From: a virus | Taxonomy: Duplodnaviria > Caudoviricetes | Reading direction: 5' to 3' (one strand) | DNA length: 54,707 nt | IMG/VR virus record: IMGVR_UViG_3300020455_000018 | Coordinates: 1-54,707 of that record | In this document: piece after piece, positions 9,139 to 20,664 of the stretch | Layout: each line of letters opens with the position of its first letter | Position numbering within the stretch: the stretch's first letter is position 1 | The notes under the pieces: generated by a model | The model's database searches: none | Seen by the model: only the letters and a program-made list of their open reading frames with translations | What the model was told of the DNA's origin: nothing | Made by a program: the position numbers and the translations under genes

Positions 9139-10143
9139 ATGAAAGCATATAAAAATCAAGGAATAAAAAGCGCTAGAATGCGTGCTGCAGATTCAAAAGC
9201 TAATGAGTTTGCTTTAGACCAAAAATCAAAAACTATAGCCTTAGATAGAAAATTAGATGTAGCAGACGCAGTTACTGATAGTACTTTTATTTCTAATGCA
9301 ATATCGTTTGGCGGAGAATTACTAGCTTTAAATCAAGATAGAAAATCGCTAAATGAAAGAAGAGGAAGAATTAAATTTGGAATAGATACTTATCAAAATA
9401 TATCCGAAGAAGAAGTAGATAGAGAAATAACAACTTTAGCCGATGTAAGAGCTGGTAAAGCTAAATTAAGTGATATTGGCACAGAACGTTTTTATGTAGG
9501 AAAAGGAGAAAACAGAATAGAGTTTAAAGGAGCAGATTTTGACGCTTTTGGTAAAATGTATCAAGAAAATAAAATGTCTGCTATGTTATTACACGGAAAA
9601 AAACCTAATGTTGCAAATATTTATGAAAAACTTATAAAAGCAGAATCAGGCGGAGAAGAAAACCCTTTAATGGCTGTTTCTTATGCTTATGACGAAAATA
9701 CTGGTGTAGAAGATAAAACTAAACCTATAGCTTATGGTCCATCTCAATTAAGACCTTCTACAGCTATGCAACCTGGTTATAGTAGAAATATATTTGAAAT
9801 AGCTGATAGTATGGGTATTAAATATGATGCTAAAGATGAAGCTAGTGCTATTAAATTATTGCAAACTAAAGGTTTAGGAAAAATGATGGGTTTTGAATAT
9901 TTACAAGGATTAGCAAAACATTATAAAGGCAATGTAGAAAAAGCTGTTGCAGCTTATAATGCTGGAGTAGGAAATATAGATAAATGGAGCGGAAATCGTG
10001 CAGACCTTAAAAAAGAAACAAGAGAATATTTAAAAGAAATTTTAGGGGATACAAAATATGATTATAGTGTAAATTTAGGCGAGGGAGATTCTGATTTTGA
10101 TATGGGCGATAAGACAATGTGGCAATATTTAATGGGAAAATAA
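9139..10143 (+). CDS. Internal virion protein with lytic transglycosylase (SLT) domain
   Basis: LIKAESGG (catalytic E), AYGPSQLRPSTA, AVAAYNAG, ETREYL motifs. Confidence 0.85.
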   Translation: MKAYKNQGIKSARMRAADSKANEFALDQKSKTIALDRKLDVADAVTDSTFISNAISFGGELLALNQDRKSLNERRGRIKFGIDTYQNISEEEVDREITTLADVRAGKAKLSDIGTERFYVGKGENRIEFKGADFDAFGKMYQENKMSAMLLHGKKPNVANIYEKLIKAESGGEENPLMAVSYAYDENTGVEDKTKPIAYGPSQLRPSTAMQPGYSRNIFEIADSMGIKYDAKDEASAIKLLQTKGLGKMMGFEYLQGLAKHYKGNVEKAVAAYNAGVGNIDKWSGNRADLKKETREYLKEILGDTKYDYSVNLGEGDSDFDMGDKTMWQYLMGK

Positions 10144-10153
10144 AGGAATATAT

Positions 10154-10657
10154 ATGTTAAAATTAGCAATGTTTGGATTAGATATGGTAGATAGAACTTC
10201 TAGAGCTTTAAGCGCTAATAGTCAAGCTGCATTAGACATACAAGGGTTAAATGCACAAATAGCTAATCAAAAAAAACAAAAATTACAAGCAGACGAAACT
10301 TTATATTCTCAATTAGATGTAGCACAAGATGATTATGAATATTCTACAGATGAAGTTTTTGATAAAGTTCAAAAGGTAAAAGAAAAAGCAGAAGATGCTA
10401 GAGATGTAAATATTCAAGGTTTTAAACATTCAGGGCAATTTGAACAAACTTTATATGAAGCTACTGAACAAGCTGACCAAGATACTTTAAGCGGTATGAG
10501 AGCAGCTGATAGAAGATTTGATAGAATGGTAGCAAGCGCACATCAACAAAACGAACAAGCTCAAGCAATGGCAGATGAAAAAATAGCGCAATATAAAAGA
10601 GAAATACAATCCAAAAGAAAAGGTAAAGGATTTTTAAGAAACTTTTTTGCAGGCTAA
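10154..10657 (+). CDS. Internal virion/ejection protein (helical, Ala/Gln-rich)
   Basis: Composition and position. Confidence 0.55.
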   Translation: MLKLAMFGLDMVDRTSRALSANSQAALDIQGLNAQIANQKKQKLQADETLYSQLDVAQDDYEYSTDEVFDKVQKVKEKAEDARDVNIQGFKHSGQFEQTLYEATEQADQDTLSGMRAADRRFDRMVASAHQQNEQAQAMADEKIAQYKREIQSKRKGKGFLRNFFAG

Positions 10658-10669
10658 AGGACAATAATT

Positions 10670-11851
10670 ATGGCAATATTAGAAGTATTAGATAGATTAC
10701 TAGAACAAGAAGAAAGAAGATATCAAACAGACGTAACAGCTTCTTTAAGAGCTATGGAATTATCAACTGATAGACAAATGAGAATGCAAGCAGCTGATAG
10801 AGAAGAAAGAAGATTAAATGCTGAATTACGTGATAAATTTATTAATAGAATGGATTTAGAAAAAAACAAAAATTTACAAATTAGAAATCAAGAATTATTA
10901 ACTTTTTATGATAGACATTTTGACCAATATGTAGAAGCTCAGACAGATAACCAAGGAAAAATTAATGGAACAAATTTGCAAAACGATTTTGAAGATTTAG
11001 GATTTAATGTAAAAGATGCTGAATTTATAGCAGTAACTTTAGATGGATACATAGAAGGTGGAAGAACAAATAGTAACGCTCTTCTTAGTCTTGTTAAATT
11101 TTTTGATGAAGATTCAAGATTAAGAGAATCAACATTTGTTAAAGGTTCAAGAGCTTTAAATATTATTCCTTTAAATGTAGGTCAAGATGGAGACCCTATA
11201 GCACAAAGAAATTTTGTAAATGCTAAAAATAGATTAAATGAATTAATTCAATTAGACAATTTAGATAAAGAATATACAAAAGAAATTGAAGATGCTAAAC
11301 AAGGAGAAGATTTTATACAAAATTTTGAAGAGCAATCATTTCAACAACCTAAAATGCAATTTGATTTTGATGATGCTGAATTAAGAAATTTAAGTAGCTT
11401 GTATGAAGCAGATAAAATAGTTTTAGGTGCAACTGATGTTGCTGGTGTTAATCCACAAGCGCAAGCATTAGAAGCTTCTGGATACATAGGAAATAAATCA
11501 TATTTAAAATATAATGCAAATAAAAAAGAATATATTGTTCCAGGTGTTAAAACTTATTATGAACCACGTAGTAGCAATTTTGCCAAAAAAACAACAACTA
11601 CAATTTCTGGAAATATTGAAACAATAGAGAACAGTATTGAAAAATTACAAGAAGAAAAAAATCAAATTAATCTAAATTTAGAACAAGCTTTAGAAGCTGA
11701 ATTAGACGAAACAAGAGATGCGATAATACAAATGAACGCAGATAGAAAATTAGTTCGCATAAATACAGTTTTAAATATTTTAGAAGATAAAAAAGATAAT
11801 CAGGAAAGCGAATTTGAAAGAATTAATACACTTTTCCCTGAGAAAGAATAA
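10670..11851 (+). CDS. Internal virion/ejection protein (coiled-coil)
   Basis: 393 aa helical protein between SLT gene and giant gene. Confidence 0.55.
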   Translation: MAILEVLDRLLEQEERRYQTDVTASLRAMELSTDRQMRMQAADREERRLNAELRDKFINRMDLEKNKNLQIRNQELLTFYDRHFDQYVEAQTDNQGKINGTNLQNDFEDLGFNVKDAEFIAVTLDGYIEGGRTNSNALLSLVKFFDEDSRLRESTFVKGSRALNIIPLNVGQDGDPIAQRNFVNAKNRLNELIQLDNLDKEYTKEIEDAKQGEDFIQNFEEQSFQQPKMQFDFDDAELRNLSSLYEADKIVLGATDVAGVNPQAQALEASGYIGNKSYLKYNANKKEYIVPGVKTYYEPRSSNFAKKTTTTISGNIETIENSIEKLQEEKNQINLNLEQALEAELDETRDAIIQMNADRKLVRINTVLNILEDKKDNQESEFERINTLFPEKE

Positions 11852-11865
11852 ATAGTTATTCATAT

Positions 11866-14800
11866 ATGAATGGACAAAATAAAGAAAATATATTAGACGC
11901 ATTGTCTAGTGTTCTAGAAGAAAAGCAAGGTCAAGTTAATCAAAACACACAAAGCGACCTATTTGACTTAAGCACAGCAATAGATTTATCCCCCGAAGAA
12001 GCTGTATATAATGATGTAGGTAAAAGTTTGTTTGAAGCTGTAACTGCAGGTCCAACTGCAGCAGTAAAAACTCTTACTTTTGATTTTCTAGATTTAGAAA
12101 AAATGGGTGTTGTAGATAAACCAAAAACAAAACTTGGTCAAGCATCTGAATCTATAGGTACTATGGGAGGTTATTTATTAGGTTATAAAAAAATATTACA
12201 AGGAGGTAAAATTGTTGTAGGCGGTATTGGTAAACAAGCTGCAAAAGGAACAAAATTAGGCAATACAATTAGACAAGCAGATGTTCAAAGAGAAGGAATA
12301 AATAAAGCCTTAAAAGGAGTTAGAATAACTAGAGATGGTAAAAAAGTATCTAGAGCTGATTTTATTAAAGATGTTGTAGACCCTGAACTTTTAAATCCTA
12401 TTAAAAACTTTTCTCATTTAGCTCAAATATTTAGGTCTTCTAAAAAAATGGATGCTAATATTTTTGATGATATTATGCGCACAAGAGCTGGAGAGTTTTT
12501 AGTTAAAGCTGGTAAACAACGTGGATATACTATTGGAGCAGGTACAAAAATTATTGGGGGTAAACCAAGAAACGAAGTAGTTGATAGAATTACTAGAATT
12601 GCTAGCGATAATTGGAAAAACATAGGAGGTAGACCTATTAACACTCTTCCAGATTTAATAAGTTCATCGCTTCCTGGAAGTGGTAGATTTAACGCTTTAG
12701 CAGGACATATGGTAGAAGATATGTTAGCTTATGGTGTAGTAGAGGGAGGATTTGTTGCTTCTAGACATATAAGAGGAGAAGAACAATTGCAAACTCCACA
12801 ACAATTCTTTACAGAAATGATGGGATTTGGTGCATTAGCAGGTGCTTTAAGATTTATTCCTGGTGGAGCTCCTCAAGGTTCTCTTAGATTATGGAAAAAA
12901 CAAGATAGAGATAATTTAAAATTATTATTTGGTGGAACTAAAAAATTCATGAATAATGTTAAAATAAACGGTAAAAAAAGTCAAAATAATAGAGAAGACG
13001 TTTTAAATGGATTTAGTTATTTTAGGAGAATGAGACATCCAGTAGTTGAAAGTTCTTTTAATACTAGTATATATAGTAAAAAAAATGAAGGTTTAAGAAA
13101 AATGTTAAAAGGCGATTTAACAATGGATAATCTTAGAAAAATTACACAGAAAGGAACTCCAGAAGAAAAAGAAGCCGCTGCATTATTAATGAAAAGAGCT
13201 ATGAATGAACTTGGTCAAGATATTGCTACAACACATAGAAAACAATTTTTAGAGTTTATTAAAACAGATTGGTGGCAAACTAAACCAAGACAATTAACTG
13301 GGGCTCTTTTATTAGGTGGAGCTCAACAATTTATGACTGGTCAAGCTTCCGAAGTAACTCCTGATAATGTTTTGGGAGGTATGTTAGGATATTTTATGTT
13401 TAAAAGAGGACATAAACTACAATACAAAGGAAAAGGAGCAGAAGCTGATACTTGGATAACAGGAGGTAGTGGTTGGAATAGAGCTTTAGGTGATGAGCAA
13501 ATATATTTAAAAGAAATGGTTAATTTCAGTGAAGCAATGCAATTTAGAACAGACCACGAATTATGGATGCCTATTAGAGCCAAAGTAATGCAAAGCGATG
13601 TTTCAGGTGCAAGTGCAAGTGAAATGTTAAAAATGGCACAATTAGACATACAAAGTCCTAAATATATGGAAGCTGATGCTTTAATAAATACTTCTTACAA
13701 ACCTAAAAAAGGTGAAAAACAAGGAAAGTTATTATTTGTAACAAAAAATAGAAATATACAATCTAAAGATATTTCCAAAAAAGAAAGAGAAGAGTTAAAC
13801 GCTTTAGGAACAGATAGAGTAGAAGGAATACGTAAAAGCTATGATGCTTTTGTTGAATACTTTGACAATCCTAGTTATTTACCTCAAAAAAATAGAGGAT
13901 TTAAACCATTTGATTCTTTAAATAAAAAAGAAGTTTTAGAGTTTGAATCTAGAATTAAATCTATGGGAGCTAGAATTGGATATTCTAGTGATATTCAAAT
14001 ACTTGCTGGTAGAATTATTAAACCTACATTTGAAAAATCTGTAAGTGATTTAAGTAACGAATTAGTAGATTTATATAGTCAAGCACAAAAATCTGGAATG
14101 GTTGGAATAGAGTTTCCTACTAGACCTATTATAGAGCCAGATGCAATTACAGGTAAAAATGTTTATACTTTTCCTAGGTTAATTCAAGGAAACATACAAT
14201 GGAAAAAAGCAGAATATGCAAATATGTTTGAAGAAATAACTGGTATGGTAAAGTATGCAGAAGAATTTTCTAAAGGAACAGTTAAATACTCAGGTAAAGA
14301 AATTAAAGTTAATGAAGGAGATATAGACCAAGATGTATTTTTTAGTACTATGATGGGTATAAAAAGAGGATTTACTAATAATTATAAAGCTTCGCAATTT
14401 TCAGATGAAGGAATAGATAGACCTGTCACATTTTCTACTACTGATTGGGTTTTTCAACAAAGTAGAACAATGAAAACTATATTTGACGCAGAAGATATAG
14501 TAGAATTTGTTCCAAAAGTTTTAGATTCACAAGCTGGATTAGATGCTAGTTCTTTGCCTTTAATAAGAAAACAATTACAAGATGTTTTTCAGGAAAACGA
14601 TGCATGGAGATATCGTGCTGAACATTTTAATTTAACTGGCTTAAATAAAAAAAATAAAGCATTTATAGAAACTATAGCTCCTATGTTAAGAAGCCAAGGA
14701 AACGACTCTATAAGTTTCAAGGGTAATGAGAAAAAATTAAAAGATTCAGATGTTACTCCTTTACGAAATTCATTTATTTCTTCTGGTTATGTAAGATTTA

Positions 14801-17800
14801 AAAATGATGAAGTTTCTCCTGTGTTTAATGATGTAGTAGATGATTTAATGTGGAAAGAAGATTTTTTAAGTAGACGTAAAATAGATGAAAATGGAGATTT
14901 AGCAACTTACGATAATCGTGATAGGGAAATTATAACTATTTTTGAAGAAGCTAATATTTTAACTAATAGACGTAGTACTTCAGTTCCAGCAGAAATAGTA
15001 GCTGTACGAAGTTTAAATACTAACGAAATTCAAAAAGCTGATTCATTTGTAAAATATATAGACGAATATGTTCAAAACCCGCAAGACGCACAAATACATA
15101 ACGATATGCACAAAGCATTGCAAAAAGTACATAATGATTTAGACCCTAAACAAATTGATGAATTACATTTATCGTTAATAAAAGATATACAAACATATAT
15201 AGAACCTTATATGTATAGATTTGACGAAAAGCTACAATCTAACGTAGGTCATTTAAGACCAAGTACTGAAAAATATTTAATTTTTGACGCAGATATTATT
15301 CGTGACATGAGAAATAAAATTGAAGCTGTAAAAGTAGCAGATATGAATTACAATCTTACTACATTTGCAGAAAGTGTTGCTGAAATGAAACAATCTACTA
15401 TTGCACAAGAATCACAATTAGCATCTTTAGTGTATAAATCATTAAAAGAAAATTCTCCAAGACTAGATAGTTATTATACTTTATTAATGAATCATGGATA
15501 CATGAATAACAAAACAAGACAATTAAAAAGACCTCCAAAAAATGATAAAAAATATAATGCTTACTATAATGATTTACGAGATTTGTTAAATCAAGAAAGT
15601 AAAAAATCTTGGGGAGATGTAAATCAAGAATGGATAGACAAAACTGAAAAAATACTAGATGCTGATGCTAACAATCTATCAGAAGTTAATAATTTAGCTA
15701 TTACTTTACCAAAATTTATAAGTAAATATGGAACTGATTTAAAAAACAATTCAGATAATCCTTTGTTTCAAGAACAGTCACAATATCCTAACAATTTATT
15801 AAAACAATTACAAGAATATCATAGTATTGCAGACATACAATCTGGAAAATTAAAAGGACTTTTAGGCTGGAATGGAGATACAGCTAAATTTTTAAAAGAT
15901 TTAAGAAAAGAAACTATTAAAACAAACAAAGATGTTGATGTAGATGTTTTAGACCAAGAATTAATTAGTATTGGAGCTACATTAAATAATAAAACTCAAA
16001 TGAGATTATTAACTTTTGACCAAGAAGCAAGACCAAATCAATTTGAATACGTTACAATGGAACAAAATCTATTATTAGATTCCTTAGAAGACATATTTAA
16101 AGTTAACGGATTGCAAGATTCTGTTTTTATGATTAATAATAGTGGGTTTGCTAGAAATAGTTATAGACCAATGAACTCATTTAAAGATGAAGTTTTTATG
16201 TCAAATGCTTTAAGAAAAATGACAAGCGATGGATATGCTCAAGTTAATAATAAACTTATAAGAAATAAACAATTAGACGACCCTGTTGATGTTATTACTG
16301 GAGCTATAATACCTATAAGGCTTAATAGAAATACTGTTATAGGTATAAAAATGGATGATAGCGTAATGCGTGAAATTGCTAATAATTATGTAGATTGGAG
16401 AAAAGCTAACAAATTAGCATATGACGCAATAGAAGGAATAATTTTTGATGAAGTAACTCAAGATTATAAAACTGATTTTAATAAAAACGCTGAAGAAACT
16501 GCAAACAAATTAACAAAATGGATGCAAGATTTAATTTTTGGTAAACCAGTAGAACAAGGAGGAATAGGATATAAGACATGGCAAAAAATAGATTCAGTTC
16601 CTTCTAAAGACCAATATAAAGGATTAAAATATTTTAAATTGCATGACAATAAAAGTGCCAAAGTAATTAAATCAGTAGACTTGAAAACTATGATTAAATA
16701 CATAGATGGAAGAACAATTAAAAATCCTAAATTATTGGAAATGAAAAAAACAATGCAAGGTATATTAAATAATGAATATAATATAGTATACTATACAGAT
16801 GAAAGTGTTAATAAAGCAACTAAATCTAAAACTGGAGGAGTTCAAGATATATTTAGTTCTCATACAACAGCAAAAACTAATTTTGACAATGAATTTAAAT
16901 CAATTACTGGTAAAGAATTTGATGATTTAGATAGTAAAGATATACAAAAGTTCAACAAAGTTCAACGAAGAGCTTATGATGCGATTAAAGAAGATTTAGG
17001 TCAAAAAGATACATCTATCGTAGATGGAGCAACGTTTCAACCAAAAGAACTAGCAGAATTACAAGCTATGTTAAGTGGTAGAACATTAAATGAATTAGAT
17101 GAAGTTTCAGGAAATAAGCTTATAGGACAAAAAGCAGATAGTAAAGGTGAGTTAGTTCCTATTAAAACAGCTAAACTGCCTAATATAGCTTCTAAACATT
17201 TACCAGACGAATTAACTAGCGCAGATAATAGTAAAACAATTTTTGTAAATACTAGTTCCGCTAAAGCTATAGGTAATTATAGTGATGAATTTTATAATAA
17301 AGTATTAGAAGTTAATAGTTTTAATGATTTTATAGGCATAGATGATTTCCATAAAAATCCTTACACAATAGAAGATTTTAAATTGTTAAGCACAAAAGGT
17401 AAAAAAGAAGGTAAAATGGTTCCTAATTTTACTGGTTATTTTTATAAAATGCCTAATCACGTAAATGTAATGAATGATTTTATAGAATATAATATGACTC
17501 AAAATGTTAGAAACAATAACGCTATTATTAAACAAGCGTTTTCTAGTTCTGATAGAATGCAAGCAAAAGAATTGTTTTTTGAATTAACTTTAGCACAAAG
17601 TAGAATAAAAAGCGCTGAATTAAATGATGTAGATACACAAGCTGGAGTTTTATTAAAATTAGCTCAACATGGTATTGACCCAATAATGTTTAGAAATCAA
17701 TTTTTTAATATGTTTGATAAAAAATATATGTTTGATGATAAATTAAAATTTTCTAATGATGCTGTTATTCATCCTGATATGACAGGAAGTTTAAAATCTA

Positions 17801-20664
17801 CAATAGCAGATAAACAAGGAGTTATTACTTATGGAGAAAGTTTAGAATCTTGGGTAACTCGCAATAAAACTATAGAACAACAAAATATGGCTTTTATTAT
17901 GAGAGATGCAGGCGGTTTAGATACTTTAGTTCATTATGAAGATTTACGATTAATGAGTAAAAAAGATTTACAAACTGCATTTAAACTTACTAGCAAAGAA
18001 TCTGCAAAATTAAAAGACATGTTTAATCAAAAATTTGACACAATGGGACAATTGTATGATTATATATCTCCAAAAGGTAAAGCAGGTTTTGGAATAAAAA
18101 ATATGCAAATAGCTTCTATAGATTTTAGAAATCCAATTTCTAAAATGAATAGTATTATTGTTACTGGTATAAAAGATTTTGGTGGAAAAAATGAAAAAAA
18201 TAAAAAAGTAATGGGTGCGTTAGATGTTATAAATCATTTAAAAGGAGACTATGACATAGACAACGTAATTAGTATTTATGCGCAACCTAAATCAGTTTGG
18301 TATGGATTTAACGATTTAATGGGTCAACATATATATACTCCAGAAAGCAATAATGCAAAAAATAATTTTGATAAATTTGAATTAAAAAATAGACAAAGTC
18401 TTCAAAAATTAATAAGCAATGAAAGAGTTGGAGACCAGGTAAAAGGTACAGCAATGAACTTACCTTCACAAATTAGCTGGTTAGTACAACCTAAAACACG
18501 TATGCCTCATGGAGAAACAGTACAAGGTTTAGTAATAAAAACAGGTGTAGGTAGATATGTAAAAATTAAAGATAACTTTTCAGATTTAAAGAATACAGAT
18601 ATTGAAGCTAAAATAGATGAGTTCAATCAAGATGCTTTAGATGCAGAAACTGGTGGTTACAATGTTCAAAAATTAACTAAAGATAAAATGTTAAATAGAA
18701 TTTTTACAGACCAAGACGGAATTTTAGAAGTCATTGTGTATAAAGATGGAAACCAAATAAAACAAAATATTCAAGGAGATACATTAAGAGATATGGATAA
18801 ATTTGTTTTTTATGAGTATTTAAAAATAAGAGATAATTTATTGCTTAATTCTGGAGGTAATTGGAGTTCTGGAGAAAAGAAAACAGCTGTAGCGACTGAT
18901 GAAGTTCGTGCTTGGGGTGAATATAGTCAAAAAATGAAAAATCCAGCTGATGCTATTAAGAAAAAAATAAGATATATGTTTGCTGATGAAAATGGAAAAT
19001 TAGACCCTGAAGTACAAAAGGTTATAGAGAATTTGAATTTTAATGGACATAATATGGATGTACACCCTGCATTAAAATTGTCAACACTTAAAAACCAAAC
19101 AGATGCAATAAAAGCTACAGCTTTAGAAAATGTATTGCCGTTAGACTATAAACTAGCAGTTAAACACGAAGCTTATCATAAAAATGTAGAATACGGAGCA
19201 ATATCTTCAGCAGATAGACTTATATATGATGCTGGTTATACTACTTGGGTAGAAGATGTTATTGTTGGAAAAAGCGATGTTATAAAAGATGATTGGTTTA
19301 GTAATCAAAAATTTGAAGAACAAAATCAAGCAATTCAAGAATTAAGAAATAAGTTAAATAGTTTAAGAGAACAAAGAAATGAATTTTTAAATATTAATAA
19401 ATTTGATAGAAACGATATTGACAACAAGCAAATAAAATATTTTGATAATGCAATAGATAATGTTAGTAATTTTATTAAAAAACAAAGCAAAACATTAAAA
19501 GAAATGTCTCTTGATAAAAAACTACAACAACAAGATGTAGATTCTATAAAAAATTACATTAGAAGTAAAATTCAATATGAAAATCAAAAAAATAAAATAG
19601 AAATGACAAGCGAAGAGTTAGATGGTAGAGTTCAAGAAGAATTTAAGAAATCTATTTATGAAAATGCTAGACAAGAAAGAACAATATTTACTTTAGCTGT
19701 TCAAAATTTTAGTGGAAGTTCTTTAGATGCTATAAATGGTAGAGGAGGAAAATTAAGCGACAATGTTAAAAAAGACATTGAAGATTTTAGAAAAGATTAT
19801 AATAGAGATTTTATTGCGGTTACTAACAAAGGTAATGAAAATTATGCGCCTCAAGATTTTAATATGTTAGCTTTTAATTACGAAGGAAGATTGTTAAGAT
19901 TGATACAAGAAAATGGATTAAAAGGAGTTCAAGTAGATGCAGTTTTACATAATATTATGGCTCCTAGTTTACAAAAAAATAAATATTCAGTTTATAATGG
20001 AATATATAGTCCTGTATCTGATAATAAAGGATTTACAACAAGAATGATGTTAGCTTTAAGATTTAATGCAAAAGCAAGAGTAGAAAGTTTAAATGAACAA
20101 GTTATGTCTGATATGTTTTTTAAAGACTTTGCAGAAGTTTCTAATAAATCTATTGAAACATTAATTGGCTCTACAAATTTAGAATATATATCTCCTCACA
20201 TGAGAAGTGAAGCAAGACCAATTATGGTTAAAACATTTATGCCTAATCAACATAGTAAAGATTTGCTAGATATTATGTCTCCATTTAAAAAAGCTATAGA
20301 ACAAAGCAATTTAAGTCAATTAAGTTTTTATGAAAGATTTTATTTTGCTAGAAATAGCGGTTTAGAAGCGGCAATGTTAAATTCTAATGATTCGTATGGA
20401 GGTTATGTTAGAATGTACAACGAACTTACAGGAAAAGATGTTCTTGTAGATGGTATGCCAGGATTTAAAACTGCATTAGATGAAGGTTCTCGTTCAGGTA
20501 GAACAATAGATGGTAATAGAATTAATCCTTTATTAAATGTAGGACCAAATCCAAACACAAAACCTCCAAAAACTTGGGCAAGTAAAGGCAATCATTCAGA
20601 AATGAGAAAATTTAAAAAAGAACGAGCTAAAATGATTTGTAATAAAACAAAAGGAATGAAATAA
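11866..20664 (+). CDS. Giant virion protein, probable two-barrel (double-psi) virion RNA polymerase
   Basis: GDYDID at aa 2127-2132 (nt 18244-18261) with R-N-P at aa 2088-2090; upstream DG (D1720), K1751 and SSAK (K1800); located in ejection cluster. Confidence 0.72.
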   Translation: MNGQNKENILDALSSVLEEKQGQVNQNTQSDLFDLSTAIDLSPEEAVYNDVGKSLFEAVTAGPTAAVKTLTFDFLDLEKMGVVDKPKTKLGQASESIGTMGGYLLGYKKILQGGKIVVGGIGKQAAKGTKLGNTIRQADVQREGINKALKGVRITRDGKKVSRADFIKDVVDPELLNPIKNFSHLAQIFRSSKKMDANIFDDIMRTRAGEFLVKAGKQRGYTIGAGTKIIGGKPRNEVVDRITRIASDNWKNIGGRPINTLPDLISSSLPGSGRFNALAGHMVEDMLAYGVVEGGFVASRHIRGEEQLQTPQQFFTEMMGFGALAGALRFIPGGAPQGSLRLWKKQDRDNLKLLFGGTKKFMNNVKINGKKSQNNREDVLNGFSYFRRMRHPVVESSFNTSIYSKKNEGLRKMLKGDLTMDNLRKITQKGTPEEKEAAALLMKRAMNELGQDIATTHRKQFLEFIKTDWWQTKPRQLTGALLLGGAQQFMTGQASEVTPDNVLGGMLGYFMFKRGHKLQYKGKGAEADTWITGGSGWNRALGDEQIYLKEMVNFSEAMQFRTDHELWMPIRAKVMQSDVSGASASEMLKMAQLDIQSPKYMEADALINTSYKPKKGEKQGKLLFVTKNRNIQSKDISKKEREELNALGTDRVEGIRKSYDAFVEYFDNPSYLPQKNRGFKPFDSLNKKEVLEFESRIKSMGARIGYSSDIQILAGRIIKPTFEKSVSDLSNELVDLYSQAQKSGMVGIEFPTRPIIEPDAITGKNVYTFPRLIQGNIQWKKAEYANMFEEITGMVKYAEEFSKGTVKYSGKEIKVNEGDIDQDVFFSTMMGIKRGFTNNYKASQFSDEGIDRPVTFSTTDWVFQQSRTMKTIFDAEDIVEFVPKVLDSQAGLDASSLPLIRKQLQDVFQENDAWRYRAEHFNLTGLNKKNKAFIETIAPMLRSQGNDSISFKGNEKKLKDSDVTPLRNSFISSGYVRFKNDEVSPVFNDVVDDLMWKEDFLSRRKIDENGDLATYDNRDREIITIFEEANILTNRRSTSVPAEIVAVRSLNTNEIQKADSFVKYIDEYVQNPQDAQIHNDMHKALQKVHNDLDPKQIDELHLSLIKDIQTYIEPYMYRFDEKLQSNVGHLRPSTEKYLIFDADIIRDMRNKIEAVKVADMNYNLTTFAESVAEMKQSTIAQESQLASLVYKSLKENSPRLDSYYTLLMNHGYMNNKTRQLKRPPKNDKKYNAYYNDLRDLLNQESKKSWGDVNQEWIDKTEKILDADANNLSEVNNLAITLPKFISKYGTDLKNNSDNPLFQEQSQYPNNLLKQLQEYHSIADIQSGKLKGLLGWNGDTAKFLKDLRKETIKTNKDVDVDVLDQELISIGATLNNKTQMRLLTFDQEARPNQFEYVTMEQNLLLDSLEDIFKVNGLQDSVFMINNSGFARNSYRPMNSFKDEVFMSNALRKMTSDGYAQVNNKLIRNKQLDDPVDVITGAIIPIRLNRNTVIGIKMDDSVMREIANNYVDWRKANKLAYDAIEGIIFDEVTQDYKTDFNKNAEETANKLTKWMQDLIFGKPVEQGGIGYKTWQKIDSVPSKDQYKGLKYFKLHDNKSAKVIKSVDLKTMIKYIDGRTIKNPKLLEMKKTMQGILNNEYNIVYYTDESVNKATKSKTGGVQDIFSSHTTAKTNFDNEFKSITGKEFDDLDSKDIQKFNKVQRRAYDAIKEDLGQKDTSIVDGATFQPKELAELQAMLSGRTLNELDEVSGNKLIGQKADSKGELVPIKTAKLPNIASKHLPDELTSADNSKTIFVNTSSAKAIGNYSDEFYNKVLEVNSFNDFIGIDDFHKNPYTIEDFKLLSTKGKKEGKMVPNFTGYFYKMPNHVNVMNDFIEYNMTQNVRNNNAIIKQAFSSSDRMQAKELFFELTLAQSRIKSAELNDVDTQAGVLLKLAQHGIDPIMFRNQFFNMFDKKYMFDDKLKFSNDAVIHPDMTGSLKSTIADKQGVITYGESLESWVTRNKTIEQQNMAFIMRDAGGLDTLVHYEDLRLMSKKDLQTAFKLTSKESAKLKDMFNQKFDTMGQLYDYISPKGKAGFGIKNMQIASIDFRNPISKMNSIIVTGIKDFGGKNEKNKKVMGALDVINHLKGDYDIDNVISIYAQPKSVWYGFNDLMGQHIYTPESNNAKNNFDKFELKNRQSLQKLISNERVGDQVKGTAMNLPSQISWLVQPKTRMPHGETVQGLVIKTGVGRYVKIKDNFSDLKNTDIEAKIDEFNQDALDAETGGYNVQKLTKDKMLNRIFTDQDGILEVIVYKDGNQIKQNIQGDTLRDMDKFVFYEYLKIRDNLLLNSGGNWSSGEKKTAVATDEVRAWGEYSQKMKNPADAIKKKIRYMFADENGKLDPEVQKVIENLNFNGHNMDVHPALKLSTLKNQTDAIKATALENVLPLDYKLAVKHEAYHKNVEYGAISSADRLIYDAGYTTWVEDVIVGKSDVIKDDWFSNQKFEEQNQAIQELRNKLNSLREQRNEFLNINKFDRNDIDNKQIKYFDNAIDNVSNFIKKQSKTLKEMSLDKKLQQQDVDSIKNYIRSKIQYENQKNKIEMTSEELDGRVQEEFKKSIYENARQERTIFTLAVQNFSGSSLDAINGRGGKLSDNVKKDIEDFRKDYNRDFIAVTNKGNENYAPQDFNMLAFNYEGRLLRLIQENGLKGVQVDAVLHNIMAPSLQKNKYSVYNGIYSPVSDNKGFTTRMMLALRFNAKARVESLNEQVMSDMFFKDFAEVSNKSIETLIGSTNLEYISPHMRSEARPIMVKTFMPNQHSKDLLDIMSPFKKAIEQSNLSQLSFYERFYFARNSGLEAAMLNSNDSYGGYVRMYNELTGKDVLVDGMPGFKTALDEGSRSGRTIDGNRINPLLNVGPNPNTKPPKTWASKGNHSEMRKFKKERAKMICNKTKGMK

